DNA of 64,000 nt from an uncultured Candidatus Saccharibacteria bacterium (lineage in GTDB: Bacteria; Patescibacteriota; Saccharimonadia; Saccharimonadales; JAUPVS01): positions 2,886 to 66,885 of the forward strand of contig CAZVKH010000004.1 of the NCBI GenBank assembly GCA_964627095.1, in the 5' to 3' direction. This document shows positions 15,660-25,745 of this stretch, piece by piece. Position numbers and translations under genes: made by a program. The notes beneath the pieces were generated by a model. The model had not been told where the DNA came from, ran no database searches, and saw only the letters and a program-made list of their open reading frames with translations. Positions within the stretch are counted from its first letter, which is position 1; the number at the start of each line of letters is the position of its first letter.

Positions 15660-15672
15660 CAGTATGATAACA
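15660..15672. promoter_or_regulatory. divergent -10 elements for 15654(-) and the NUDIX gene 15680(+)
   Basis: On the minus strand, TGTTATCATACT lies 6-9 nt before ATG 15654. On the plus strand, TATGAT (15663-15668) lies 11 nt before ATG 15680. Confidence 0.5.
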
Positions 15673-15679
15673 TTTCAGC

Positions 15680-16123
15680 ATGAATCGACGCGTCGCCGCT
15701 CGCGGCATTATTGTGCACAATGGCCGTTTGCTATGCGCCCAGCTTAAAGCCTACGACGACAAGCCTGCTCAGGATTTTTGGTCGACACCAGGTGGTGGCG
15801 TTAACCCCGGCGAAGCCCTCATCCCTGCCCTGGAACGTGAAATCATCGAAGAAACTGGCATTAAGCCAAAGGTTGGTCGGTTACTATACATCCAACAGTT
15901 CGTCTGGCATGCCAATGAGCAGATGGAATTCTTTTTCTACATAGAAAATGCCAGCGACTACCTAAATATCGACATCACCCAAACCAGCCATGGTGCAGCC
16001 GAAATTGACCGCATCGAGTTCGTTGACCCCAAAGCAGTTACCGTGCTCCCCAAATTCTTGAAAGATGAAGACATGAATACTGTTGCAGCGCAGACTCAAC
16101 CCAAGATATTTAACTATCTGTAG
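15680..16123 (+). CDS. NUDIX hydrolase
   Basis: Nudix box GGGVNPGEALIPALEREIIEETGI. Confidence 0.85.
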   Translation: MNRRVAARGIIVHNGRLLCAQLKAYDDKPAQDFWSTPGGGVNPGEALIPALEREIIEETGIKPKVGRLLYIQQFVWHANEQMEFFFYIENASDYLNIDITQTSHGAAEIDRIEFVDPKAVTVLPKFLKDEDMNTVAAQTQPKIFNYL

Positions 16124-16186
16124 GCGGGCAGTGTTGTTGCAGCCAGCTGGCGATGGCGGGCACATCAAGACGGTCTAGCTTGTCGT

Positions 16187-16864
16187 TTATTTAATGATGT
16201 TTAATCGTTCCAGAACGGAGTAAATTTGGACTTGTTCTTGTTGATCAAACGAACGGGACAGCCATTCCTCAAAATCATGTAAACAGCTATCCTCGGCTTC
16301 GTTGTCGCTTAATTGCTGGTCACTGCTGCCTACACCGCCCAGTGCATCTATCTCCTCTAGAACTTCACCACACTCGTCAACATACTGATATATCAGTTCC
16401 CTAATGGGTATGTAGTCCTCGTCGTCTATATAAAAGCGATGGACTTCGTTACAAACGTCTCCTTGTTCTGCCAATGTGATACCTTCGAAGTCAACTACAC
16501 CGTCATCGGACTCTTCTTCGGCATCTTCGCCTTGCGAGAAGTCTGGAATCGGCCAGTAGGCATTATAGTCACGCGGTCGTTGGCGGGTAATTTCCACAGT
16601 ATATTTTACATACTGCGTCGAAGCGTCGTCTAGATCATTAAACTTGGCCGCGCTAAAAAGTATTGTCAGCGACGATTCATCATCATAATGAAAGGTCTTC
16701 TCGCCAACGACACGTTTTAAACCCTCGGCTTCTTTAAAGTTTTGCTCCGCCACAACATCGGCGGCCGAAGCAAAAACATACTCGCACAAACGAATTGCCT
16801 CGGGGCTAGCCTGAGTTATTGCCTCGAAAGGGTCCTGGGGTGGTCTTGGGTCTGGAATATCCAC
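16187..16864 (-). CDS. hypothetical, extremely acidic protein
   Basis: GTG start with an AGGGAG SD 6 nt upstream. The 225-aa product is very rich in D/E (runs such as GEDAEEESDDG and DDEDY). No TM and no known motif. Confidence 0.5.
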   Translation of the reverse strand: MDIPDPRPPQDPFEAITQASPEAIRLCEYVFASAADVVAEQNFKEAEGLKRVVGEKTFHYDDESSLTILFSAAKFNDLDDASTQYVKYTVEITRQRPRDYNAYWPIPDFSQGEDAEEESDDGVVDFEGITLAEQGDVCNEVHRFYIDDEDYIPIRELIYQYVDECGEVLEEIDALGGVGSSDQQLSDNEAEDSCLHDFEEWLSRSFDQQEQVQIYSVLERLNIIK

Positions 16865-16944
16865 GTCGTACTCCCTTATGTGCCTGCTTCTTGCTTTAGC
16901 CTGTCAAAGCCGCGGCATTTTTGCAAGCACAAGGGTTTTGTGGC

Positions 16945-17643
16945 TTAAAGTTTCACCTCGTCCAGGCTAGTAACCACGGCGACGTGGTCTCGCCAGCCGT
17001 CGTCGAGCAGATGGGAGTGCATATATTCGGGGCCGTCGCGGCAGACGATTACCGCCTTGGCGCCCAGGTTTAGGGCAAATTGGGCGTCAACGTGTTGATC
17101 GCCAATCACCAACAGCTTAGTTGCATCAACCTGCCAGCGTTCCAGCAGGTCACCCAATACAGCTGGGTCGGGCTTGCGAAAGCCGTTGCCTTCGTCGCCA
17201 CAGATGATTTCGTCGATGTGATCCACTAAACCACTATTACTTACTATGCTCCGTGGACTGCCCAGGCCACGACCCTCGTGATCGCGGTTGGTCACAATTA
17301 CCTGCGGAATACCTAAAGCAGCTGCCTGCGCCGATAAGCGGACGGCATCTTTAAGCAAATGCTGTTCGACCTCAATAAAATGATCACTCTGCTTTTCTAG
17401 AAAATGCTCGATGTATTCGTCGATGTCGGTGTCACCAAAGTTGTTGCCGTAGGCGGCGCGGATTGAGTCTCCAAGTAGTCCATGATAATTCTTTCGAGCC
17501 AGTTCTTCGCTGGGTTCTTCCAAACCAAAAGTCTTAGCAACATCACGGTTAACGTCCATGTAGATTTTAAAACTATCTAGAATCGTGCCATCCAAGTCCC
17601 AGGCGATGGCTTGCGGGGTGAATCCTTCTAATGGGTTGGGCAT
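16945..17643 (-). CDS. HAD family hydrolase
   Basis: Motif I WDLDGTILDS, motif II VTNR and a late GDQHVD. Confidence 0.75.
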   Translation of the reverse strand: MPNPLEGFTPQAIAWDLDGTILDSFKIYMDVNRDVAKTFGLEEPSEELARKNYHGLLGDSIRAAYGNNFGDTDIDEYIEHFLEKQSDHFIEVEQHLLKDAVRLSAQAAALGIPQVIVTNRDHEGRGLGSPRSIVSNSGLVDHIDEIICGDEGNGFRKPDPAVLGDLLERWQVDATKLLVIGDQHVDAQFALNLGAKAVIVCRDGPEYMHSHLLDDGWRDHVAVVTSLDEVKL

Positions 17644-17645
17644 GT

Positions 17646-18998
<1,353 letters not shown>

Positions 18999-19006
18999 TG
19001 CGCCGT

Positions 19007-19015
19007 ATTATAACA
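19007..19015 (-). promoter_or_regulatory. extended -10 promoter TGTTATAAT, leaderless glyQS
   Basis: TGT+TATAAT (19015..19007), then 8 nt, then ATG 18998. Confidence 0.65.
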
Positions 19016-19017
19016 GA

Positions 19018-19527
19018 TTAAGTGCGGCTACGGTTTTCTAAAACTTCTAGACAGACCCCAATAAAGGCATCGGCTTCGTCGGAGTTGGTTGGCGCAACTG
19101 GAATACGCCCAGCCGCCACCAGGCCAAATAGCCGGCTTTCATCTTCTGCTAAATCCGCCTGAAAGCCATCAAAGCCGTCAATTGCTGGGTGGACATCAAT
19201 TGCCATACCGCTGGCTGCCGGGAATACAATCGTTGGTGATTGTACTGCCCTTCCTTGGGCATCTAGTATATGATCAACCCTCAACGTCGCTCCTGCAGCA
19301 CAACGGGCCACAAAAAAACGGGCGGTGTACTCTTTTAAGAAATCTGGCCGGGGGTTAACTTCGTTGTCATGTTCAATACTCACGCAACCGCTCAGAAGCG
19401 GAAACCTCAGAAGAGTCGTTTCGTACTGCTCACTTCCGGGCGCCAGCACAGCCAGCGAAGCATCGATTCGATGCAGCGAACTTCGATTCAGAAACAACTC
19501 AACAGGTTCAATGCTATGCAAACTCAT
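19018..19527 (-). CDS. hypothetical protein
   Basis: ORF with no recognisable motif. Start set at ATG 19527 (MSLHS), 9 nt after TACAAT (19542..19537). The upstream TTG/ATG codons overlap the -10 box. Confidence 0.4.
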   Translation of the reverse strand: MSLHSIEPVELFLNRSSLHRIDASLAVLAPGSEQYETTLLRFPLLSGCVSIEHDNEVNPRPDFLKEYTARFFVARCAAGATLRVDHILDAQGRAVQSPTIVFPAASGMAIDVHPAIDGFDGFQADLAEDESRLFGLVAAGRIPVAPTNSDEADAFIGVCLEVLENRSRT

Positions 19528-19572
19528 AATCGGCATATTGTACAACTTTTTTACTCTAAATGCTAGGATTGT

Positions 19573-20274
19573 TTAGACGCGGATGTACTGTTGGCGAATG
19601 CTTTGAACCAACTGGCGGCACGGCCCTACTACCTTTTCGGCGTCAGCCAAGACGCTCAGGCGAGCGGGGTCGCGCAAACCAAACACCAGACGCAACAGTT
19701 TAATATGGTCGGCGCCCAGTAAGCCTTGGTCGGCCGGCGCAAAGCACATGCTGTCAAAATCAAAACTGTAACGCTGGTCGGCCACCAACTTAACACCGGC
19801 GGCATCACTGGTTAAATTGGGCTGCAAGCCGGCGATCTGTAGCAGCTGGGCGTCAAACCACAACTCCAGCAAGCCTTCCGACAATCCCCCATCCAAGGTC
19901 TGCAAGGTTCTTTCTAGCAATTCAAAATACTCGTTCTCGGTGGCATCTTCGGTGGCCCGGTTGATACGCTTAAGTAGCTCGTAGCCCAGCATGGTACGAC
20001 CAATGTCGTGCACGATGTTGCCGTAGTGTTTTTGCAGACGCGACGAAATTAAGGTGTGAATTTCGCTCTTGCCCGGCAAGTATGTAATCTGGCTGACACT
20101 AAATAGTTCAATGCCGCCGGCCAGTTTGCTCTTGATCTTACGCACCCCCTTGGCAATTAGGCGAACCTTGCCGTGATCGGGAGTCAGCATGGTAATAATG
20201 CGGTCGGCTTCGCCAAAATTGGTCCGAGCCAACACGATACCTTGGGTCACGATCTGGTTACGGCTGGGGTTCAT
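19573..20274 (-). CDS. recO: DNA repair protein RecO
   Basis: OB-fold N-terminus GIVLARTNFGEADRIITMLTPDHGKVRLIAKGVRK. Its start overlaps the upstream receiver gene stop by 4 nt. Confidence 0.8.
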   Translation of the reverse strand: MNPSRNQIVTQGIVLARTNFGEADRIITMLTPDHGKVRLIAKGVRKIKSKLAGGIELFSVSQITYLPGKSEIHTLISSRLQKHYGNIVHDIGRTMLGYELLKRINRATEDATENEYFELLERTLQTLDGGLSEGLLELWFDAQLLQIAGLQPNLTSDAAGVKLVADQRYSFDFDSMCFAPADQGLLGADHIKLLRLVFGLRDPARLSVLADAEKVVGPCRQLVQSIRQQYIRV

Positions 20275-20657
20275 ACGCGAGCCGGAGACATCAGGCCGAG
20301 TGCTCGCTTAACCAGTTCGTCCAAGCTGGTTTCGGGCTTGTATAAGTAGTCATGAATGCCCAGCTGCGGCCAGTAGTCGCGGCCAATGCCAGGGTGGTCT
20401 TGAGGTACATTGGTATGCAGTAGCACTGGTATATCGTCGCAGTCCGGGTAGGATCTAATTTCGTACAAAAACTCCACGCCATTATGTTTGGGCAGGTGTA
20501 ATTCTAGCACCACTAAAGCCGGTGCATGGTCGTCGATCACCGCCAAGGCCGCCTGGGCGTCGGTCCGCCAAAATACCTGATGGTCAGCCGCCGCAAAGGC
20601 CTGCGCGTAGCTGTCTGCCAGCCCTGCATCCGGTTCTAACAATAATATATTGGCCAT
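20271..20657 (-). CDS. stand-alone receiver-domain protein, atypical (Glu at phospho-acceptor position)
   Basis: CheY-like fold pattern with LLLEPD, VVLELHLPKHNG, LLHTN and YLYKP. The residue aligned with CheY D57 is Glu. Confidence 0.7.
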   Translation of the reverse strand: MANILLLEPDAGLADSYAQAFAAADHQVFWRTDAQAALAVIDDHAPALVVLELHLPKHNGVEFLYEIRSYPDCDDIPVLLHTNVPQDHPGIGRDYWPQLGIHDYLYKPETSLDELVKRALGLMSPARV

Positions 20658-20701
20658 ACCCCTCTTACCCGCCTTACTTGCAGGTAGTATAGCAAAAACT
20701 T

Positions 20702-21373
20702 TTACTGGCTGAACTTATAATTGGGCAAAATATGAGTATCGAGGTCTTTTACAAAGTCGGGCGATTCTACCCAAATCTTAAGCGTTTTGTCACGAATCGG
20801 CAGCAGAATCATGGCGCCCTTCTTGTTCGGCACAATGTCGCCCTCTAAGCGCACTCCAGTTATAGTGGGAGCCTGGGGCGGGACATAAGCGGCGGCCGTG
20901 ACCTTGCCCGATTTTACAAATGAATCAAATGACTTCAGAACCGTGGCGTAAGACTGATCAACCACCTGAATGCGTAAGGCGTAAGCCGGGTTGCCATCAA
21001 CCGCTGGCACAAAACCCGGGTGGAAGAAAGCATCAAGCGGTGTCGAACCAGTCGTCTTTTCGCTAATATAAGCGCTCCAGGTTTTTGGATAACTGACAAC
21101 TAAGCTACCGTAGGCACTCGGCCCTTCATACAGCTTGTAGGGTTGCTTTTCTTTTTCTAAAAACTCATTATCTTTTTTGCTAGATGTCTTTTCTTCGGCC
21201 ACTACCACCGCGGCGGCGGCTTTTTGGTCACTGTTATTCTTGTAATCCTGGCGACTAATAAAGGCCCAGATACCAAAACTGCCGGCCGCTACAAAGAAGA
21301 TCACAGCAATAATAAGAGGAATCAAAAGTGGGTCCATATGACCACGTTGATTGAGTTGTTTCATACCGCTCAT
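20702..21373 (-). CDS. hypothetical membrane-anchored protein
   Basis: N-terminal TM (LLIPLIIAVIFFVAAGSFGIWAFI) and an external domain with no known motif. Confidence 0.45.
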   Translation of the reverse strand: MSGMKQLNQRGHMDPLLIPLIIAVIFFVAAGSFGIWAFISRQDYKNNSDQKAAAAVVVAEEKTSSKKDNEFLEKEKQPYKLYEGPSAYGSLVVSYPKTWSAYISEKTTGSTPLDAFFHPGFVPAVDGNPAYALRIQVVDQSYATVLKSFDSFVKSGKVTAAAYVPPQAPTITGVRLEGDIVPNKKGAMILLPIRDKTLKIWVESPDFVKDLDTHILPNYKFSQ

Positions 21374-21385
21374 GTTAAACGAGAA

Positions 21386-21880
21386 TTAGTATTTATACAA
21401 GAATAAAGCGCCCTTTTGAGCGCTTGTTTGGCGCCCTGGCACCAAAAAGGTGTAGCTTAAAAGCCGAATTGGCTTACCCTGCGCCTGCTTTTTTTGGACA
21501 ATTTTTTTATCCAACTTTTTCATATATTTATCAAGCAAGAAGACGAATATCCCGTCGCAGTCGGGCCAGTCCCGTCGCCAATAATTGCCCCACACAATTT
21601 TTACCTGACCCCTGTATTTTAAGGTCTGCAGCCAGGCGACCAGGGCTAAAATCGGGTTTAGCTCGTACCCCACCACCTTTAGTCCGCGCCGCGCCGCTGC
21701 CTTGGCCACTCGCCCATCGCCACAGCCCAGTTCGAGCATGGTCTGGCCTGGCTTCAACGCTAACATATCCAAGGCCTCTTCGGCCTGCTTCTTCATGGTT
21801 GGCAAATAGGGCGCCCCAAACAAAATCACAAAGGCAAAAATGAAGAAGATAACCGTGGCCGTCAGGACAACCGGATTCAT
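21386..21880 (-). CDS. class I SAM-dependent methyltransferase with N-terminal TM
   Basis: Motif I LELGCGDGRVAKAAARRG and motif II VVGYELNP. Confidence 0.7.
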   Translation of the reverse strand: MNPVVLTATVIFFIFAFVILFGAPYLPTMKKQAEEALDMLALKPGQTMLELGCGDGRVAKAAARRGLKVVGYELNPILALVAWLQTLKYRGQVKIVWGNYWRRDWPDCDGIFVFLLDKYMKKLDKKIVQKKQAQGKPIRLLSYTFLVPGRQTSAQKGALFLYKY

Positions 21881-22083
21881 GAGGCGGCTGGCGTCGTCCA
21901 GTCGGCCTTAATCTTCTGAACTTTGTTTTCGGCCGTCTTTAAATAGCCCTCAAGCTCAGCCAGTATCTTCTGCCCGTCGGCGTATAACTCCAGTGCCCGT
22001 TCGACATCAATGTCGTCGGACTGCATTTCGGTTAAAACTGCGTCTAGTTGGGCTTGCAGGGTTTTATAAGATTTTTTAGCCAT
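21877..22083 (-). CDS. xseB: exodeoxyribonuclease VII small subunit
   Basis: 68-aa helical protein with an ERALELYADGQKILAELEGYLKTAE pattern. It lies directly after xseA. Confidence 0.75.
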   Translation of the reverse strand: MAKKSYKTLQAQLDAVLTEMQSDDIDVERALELYADGQKILAELEGYLKTAENKVQKIKADWTTPAAS

Positions 22084-22088
22084 AACTA

Positions 22089-23201
22089 TTAGATAGTACC
22101 AGAAACCGTGGCGTCTGTGTCGCCATCCCTAAACTGGATGGTGATTTTGTCGGCTGGTTTTAATTGCTTGGCAGTTGTTACTGGCTTGCCTTCCCGACGC
22201 ACCACGGCATAGCCGCGTCGTAAGACCTGCTGCGGACTCAGGGCTTGTAGTAGCTGGCGGCGAGACGCTAAATCTTGTTCGGCTTGCTCAAACAGCTGTA
22301 AAAGTCGTTTGCGCAGCCAGTCTTGGTTAGCCAACACCTGTTGGCGACCGTCCACCAGTGGCTGCTGCAACAAGTAGCCCAGCTGCTCGGCCTTGGCTTT
22401 TAGGTGGGTTCTTTCCTGCTTTTTGTCGGGCACCAACAACTGGGCAGCATTACTAGGTGTACTGGCGCGTTGATCGGCCGCTAGTTCGGCCAAACTCAAG
22501 TCAACTTCGTGACCGATTGCCACCAAGGTAGGAATCCGGCTAGCCGCTACCGCTCTGGTAACTTGTTCGGTGCTAAAAGCTGCCAAATCTTCGGCCGAAC
22601 CACCGCCACGAGTGATGATCAGCACCTCGGGCGGTTGGGTATGGGCATTAAAGTACTCAATCGCTCGCACAATCTGCTCCACGGCCGGCTCGCCCTGTAC
22701 CTGAACATCAGCCAGTTGCATGTCTACCCCGCCCCAGCGTTCGTTCATAATCTTTACAAAATCGGCATAGGCCGCTGACTCGCCCGAAGTAATTAGGCCA
22801 ACGCGTTCCGGTAAGTACGGCAACGGCCGCTTACGGCTGTCGTCAAACAAACCCTCGGCCGTCAGCTTGGCCTGCAACAGCGCCGCCGCCTTCTTTAAAG
22901 AACCCTCGCCGACCGGCTGCAAATTCACAATCGTCACACTAAAACCAAACTGCGGATGCAAACGCGGGTTGCCGCGGACCTGCAACATCATGCCATCTTC
23001 TAGCGGCCCTGGCAGCTGGTATACCGTTCCAAAAAAGCGCACGCTGGCATATTCATCTTTTAGGTCAAAGTACACCCAACGGTTCTTACTAACCTTAAAG
23101 TTGGCCAACTCGCCTACTATCACCACATTCGGGTAGGCATTCTCCAGGGTCTGGTTCAACACCCCTACAAAATCGGACACACTTAAGATGACGTCGGTCA
23201 T
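22089..23201 (-). CDS. xseA: exodeoxyribonuclease VII large subunit
   Basis: N-terminal OB fold (SVSDFVGVLNQTLE..VVIVGELANF) and a catalytic core with ITRGGGSAEDL and IGHEVD. Confidence 0.85.
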   Translation of the reverse strand: MTDVILSVSDFVGVLNQTLENAYPNVVIVGELANFKVSKNRWVYFDLKDEYASVRFFGTVYQLPGPLEDGMMLQVRGNPRLHPQFGFSVTIVNLQPVGEGSLKKAAALLQAKLTAEGLFDDSRKRPLPYLPERVGLITSGESAAYADFVKIMNERWGGVDMQLADVQVQGEPAVEQIVRAIEYFNAHTQPPEVLIITRGGGSAEDLAAFSTEQVTRAVAASRIPTLVAIGHEVDLSLAELAADQRASTPSNAAQLLVPDKKQERTHLKAKAEQLGYLLQQPLVDGRQQVLANQDWLRKRLLQLFEQAEQDLASRRQLLQALSPQQVLRRGYAVVRREGKPVTTAKQLKPADKITIQFRDGDTDATVSGTI

Positions 23202-24244
23202 GCCGGTTTGGGCGGGCCCTCGTGTCGGAGCGCCTTATGGTAGAAGTAATAACCAGGGATTAACTGCAAGGTAATGTTGATTACGCGGTACATCACGGTT
23301 ACCGGAATGCTGACCGAGGCCGGCACACCAGCCGCTGCCAAGGTACCGGTCATCAAAGCTTCGTAGATACCAACACCGCCTGGCAACACCGAAATCATGC
23401 CGGCAAAGTTAGCCACGGCGTAAGCCAAAATGACCGCCCCCGGGTTCACCCATTGCCCAAAGGCGATGTAAACCACGTAAATCGCCGCGATCTCGGTGGT
23501 GTTAGCCAGCAAGGCGCACAGCGCCGGGCCCAGCAATTGGCGCGGTTGCTGACGGATTATCACATAGTTTTCGTGCAAGTCCTTAAAAGTTGCTTGAACT
23601 CGTGCCACATTAATTGTTTCGGGATGCTTAGGCCGCACTACATGGATGACCCGGTTCACTACCCTAGTTATATAGGTAAAGAAACTGTTGATACGGCGTT
23701 CACTACCAATAATAAAGGCCGCGCCCAACGTGCCGATAAACAAAAAGGTGGCGATCGAACCGCCAATTAACAGCACAAAGTTATTAGCCTGGCCGCCAAT
23801 TGCCAGCATAATCAAACCAACGATAATCAGTACTTCAAAACTAGTAAACAACAGGATGAACTTCATAGTCTGCACTAGCGTGGCCTTACCGGTCGACACC
23901 TCAAGCTGCTTCATGCGCACCCCAAAGTAAGAAAAACCGGACACACCACCGCTTGGGAAGACGTTGTTGACCATATTTAGCTCCAGCGCCACCTTGTACA
24001 TCTCACGGTAACGGACCTTGGTACCCAATATACCGAACAAGTAGCGATACATTCGGGCGTAGGCATCATAGTTCCAAAGCTCAATTGGGATAATCAGCAG
24101 CAAGGCGTAGGCATTTACCCGGGTGGCGTTCTGAATGGTTTCCAGAATTTGGTCGCGCAAAACATAACATAACCCCAGCAAGGCCCCAACTGTTACCAGG
24201 TTGAGAATCAGTTTCCAGCGCTTCTTATTGTCAGCTTCGCTCAT
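23198..24244 (-). CDS. flippase-like / LPG-synthase-TM (UPF0104-like) membrane protein
   Basis: About 8 TM helices. The family is assigned from overall pattern only. Start set at ATG 24244, 8 nt after TATAAT. The track start at 24250 is a TTG. Confidence 0.5.
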   Translation of the reverse strand: MSEADNKKRWKLILNLVTVGALLGLCYVLRDQILETIQNATRVNAYALLLIIPIELWNYDAYARMYRYLFGILGTKVRYREMYKVALELNMVNNVFPSGGVSGFSYFGVRMKQLEVSTGKATLVQTMKFILLFTSFEVLIIVGLIMLAIGGQANNFVLLIGGSIATFLFIGTLGAAFIIGSERRINSFFTYITRVVNRVIHVVRPKHPETINVARVQATFKDLHENYVIIRQQPRQLLGPALCALLANTTEIAAIYVVYIAFGQWVNPGAVILAYAVANFAGMISVLPGGVGIYEALMTGTLAAAGVPASVSIPVTVMYRVINITLQLIPGYYFYHKALRHEGPPKPA

Positions 24245-24252
24245 TTGCAATC

Positions 24253-24280
24253 ATTATACCCCACAAAAACGCGCTATACT
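24253..24280. promoter_or_regulatory. back-to-back divergent leaderless promoters
   Basis: On the minus strand, TATAAT (24258..24253) lies N8 before ATG 24244. On the plus strand, TATACT (24275-24280) lies N8 before ATG 24289. Confidence 0.6.
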
Positions 24281-24288
24281 GTAGCTAA

Positions 24289-25455
24289 ATGAATCAGTCA
24301 GTTGTAATTTTAGGCCGCCAGCCTGCCTTAGGCCTGGCCGAACTCGAAAGCCTCTACGGCGCTCCCGCCCTGCACCCAGTTAGCGCCCAGGTGGCTCTGC
24401 TTGACGTCGACCCGGCCACTGTTAACTTTGACCGCCTCGGTGGCACTGTTAAGCTTGCCAAGCTACTAACCCGCCTCAATAACACTTCTTGGCAATCAGT
24501 CGTACGCTACATCGCCAAAACCATTCCCGACCATCTGCAATATATTCCCGAAGGAAAAATCCGCCTTGGTTTTAACGTCTACGGCCTAGATGCCAGCGTC
24601 GCCGAAATCAACCGCAGCGCCCTAGAAGTTAAAAAAGCCATCAAAAAAGCCGGCCGCTCGGTGCGCGTCGTACCCAACACCACGCCCGACCTTAACAGCG
24701 CCCAAACCCTGCACAATCAGCTAACCGGCCCGACCGGGCTAGAATTCATTGTGGCCAAAGATGGCACCGGTGTTTTGCTGGCTCAAGTAACCCATGTGCA
24801 AGATATCAACGCCTACGCCGCTCGCGACCAGGCCCGCCCCAAACGTGACGCCCGGGTTGGCATGCTCCCACCCAAACTAGCCCAGATCATCGTTAACCTA
24901 GCCGCTACCGATACTGGCACCGTCTTAGATCCCTTCTGCGGTACCGGTGTAATTTTGCAAGAAGCCTTACTCGACGGCCATAATGCCTACGGCAGCGACT
25001 TAGAACCACGCATGATCGACTATTCACGCACCAACCTCGACTGGCTAGCCCAAAAATACACTCTGGCGGGCACAGTAGCTCTTGAAGTTGGCGATGCCAC
25101 CGACCACCATTGGTCCGAACCGTTTGACGTAGTCGCTGGTGAGACCTACCTGGGGCGCCCTTTCTCGGCCGAACCGACGGGTGAAATCCTCGGTCAAGTG
25201 CGGCGTGACGTCGATACAATTCACCGTAAATTCCTTAAAAACCTGGCTCGCCAAACGCAGCCCGGCTTTCGAGCCTGCCTAGCGGTTCCAGCCTGGATTA
25301 CCAAAAATGGCATTTTGCACCTCCCTACCCTTGATTCTCTCGAGGATTTAGGGTATACTCGGATGAGTTTTGTTCACGCAGGCAATACAGACCTAGTCTA
25401 TTATCGCCCAGGCCAAGTGGTTGGCCGTGAACTCGTAGTACTAATAAGGAAGTAG
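24289..25455 (+). CDS. SAM-dependent RNA/DNA methyltransferase (TRM11/RlmL-like)
   Basis: Motif I VLDPFCGTGVILQEA and the acidic loop GSDLEP. The N-terminal domain is of unknown type. Confidence 0.6.
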   Translation: MNQSVVILGRQPALGLAELESLYGAPALHPVSAQVALLDVDPATVNFDRLGGTVKLAKLLTRLNNTSWQSVVRYIAKTIPDHLQYIPEGKIRLGFNVYGLDASVAEINRSALEVKKAIKKAGRSVRVVPNTTPDLNSAQTLHNQLTGPTGLEFIVAKDGTGVLLAQVTHVQDINAYAARDQARPKRDARVGMLPPKLAQIIVNLAATDTGTVLDPFCGTGVILQEALLDGHNAYGSDLEPRMIDYSRTNLDWLAQKYTLAGTVALEVGDATDHHWSEPFDVVAGETYLGRPFSAEPTGEILGQVRRDVDTIHRKFLKNLARQTQPGFRACLAVPAWITKNGILHLPTLDSLEDLGYTRMSFVHAGNTDLVYYRPGQVVGRELVVLIRK

Positions 25456-25468
25456 AAGAAGTAGCCCA

Positions 25469-25741
25469 ATGTCACACGTCAAAGCCGGTGGAGCAGCCAA
25501 AAACGTTCATGATAGCCCAGGTCAACGCCTTGGCGTTAAACTATTTGGTGGCGAAAAAGTAAAAGTTGGTCAAGTTATCGTTCGCCAGGTTGGTCTAACC
25601 AAGCGTGCCGGCGAAGGCACCAAACTAAGCCGCAACTTCACTATCCACGCCGACCGTGACGGCATCGTTACCTACCGCACCCGCAAGATCCGCCGTTTCA
25701 CCGGCAAAACCGTCAAGCGCACCGAAGTCACCGTTCAATAA
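25469..25741 (+). CDS. rpmA: 50S ribosomal protein L27
   Basis: MSHVKAGGAAKNVHDSPGQRLGVKLFGGE..VIVRQVG. Confidence 0.9.
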   Translation: MSHVKAGGAAKNVHDSPGQRLGVKLFGGEKVKVGQVIVRQVGLTKRAGEGTKLSRNFTIHADRDGIVTYRTRKIRRFTGKTVKRTEVTVQ

Positions 25742-25745
25742 CGGC

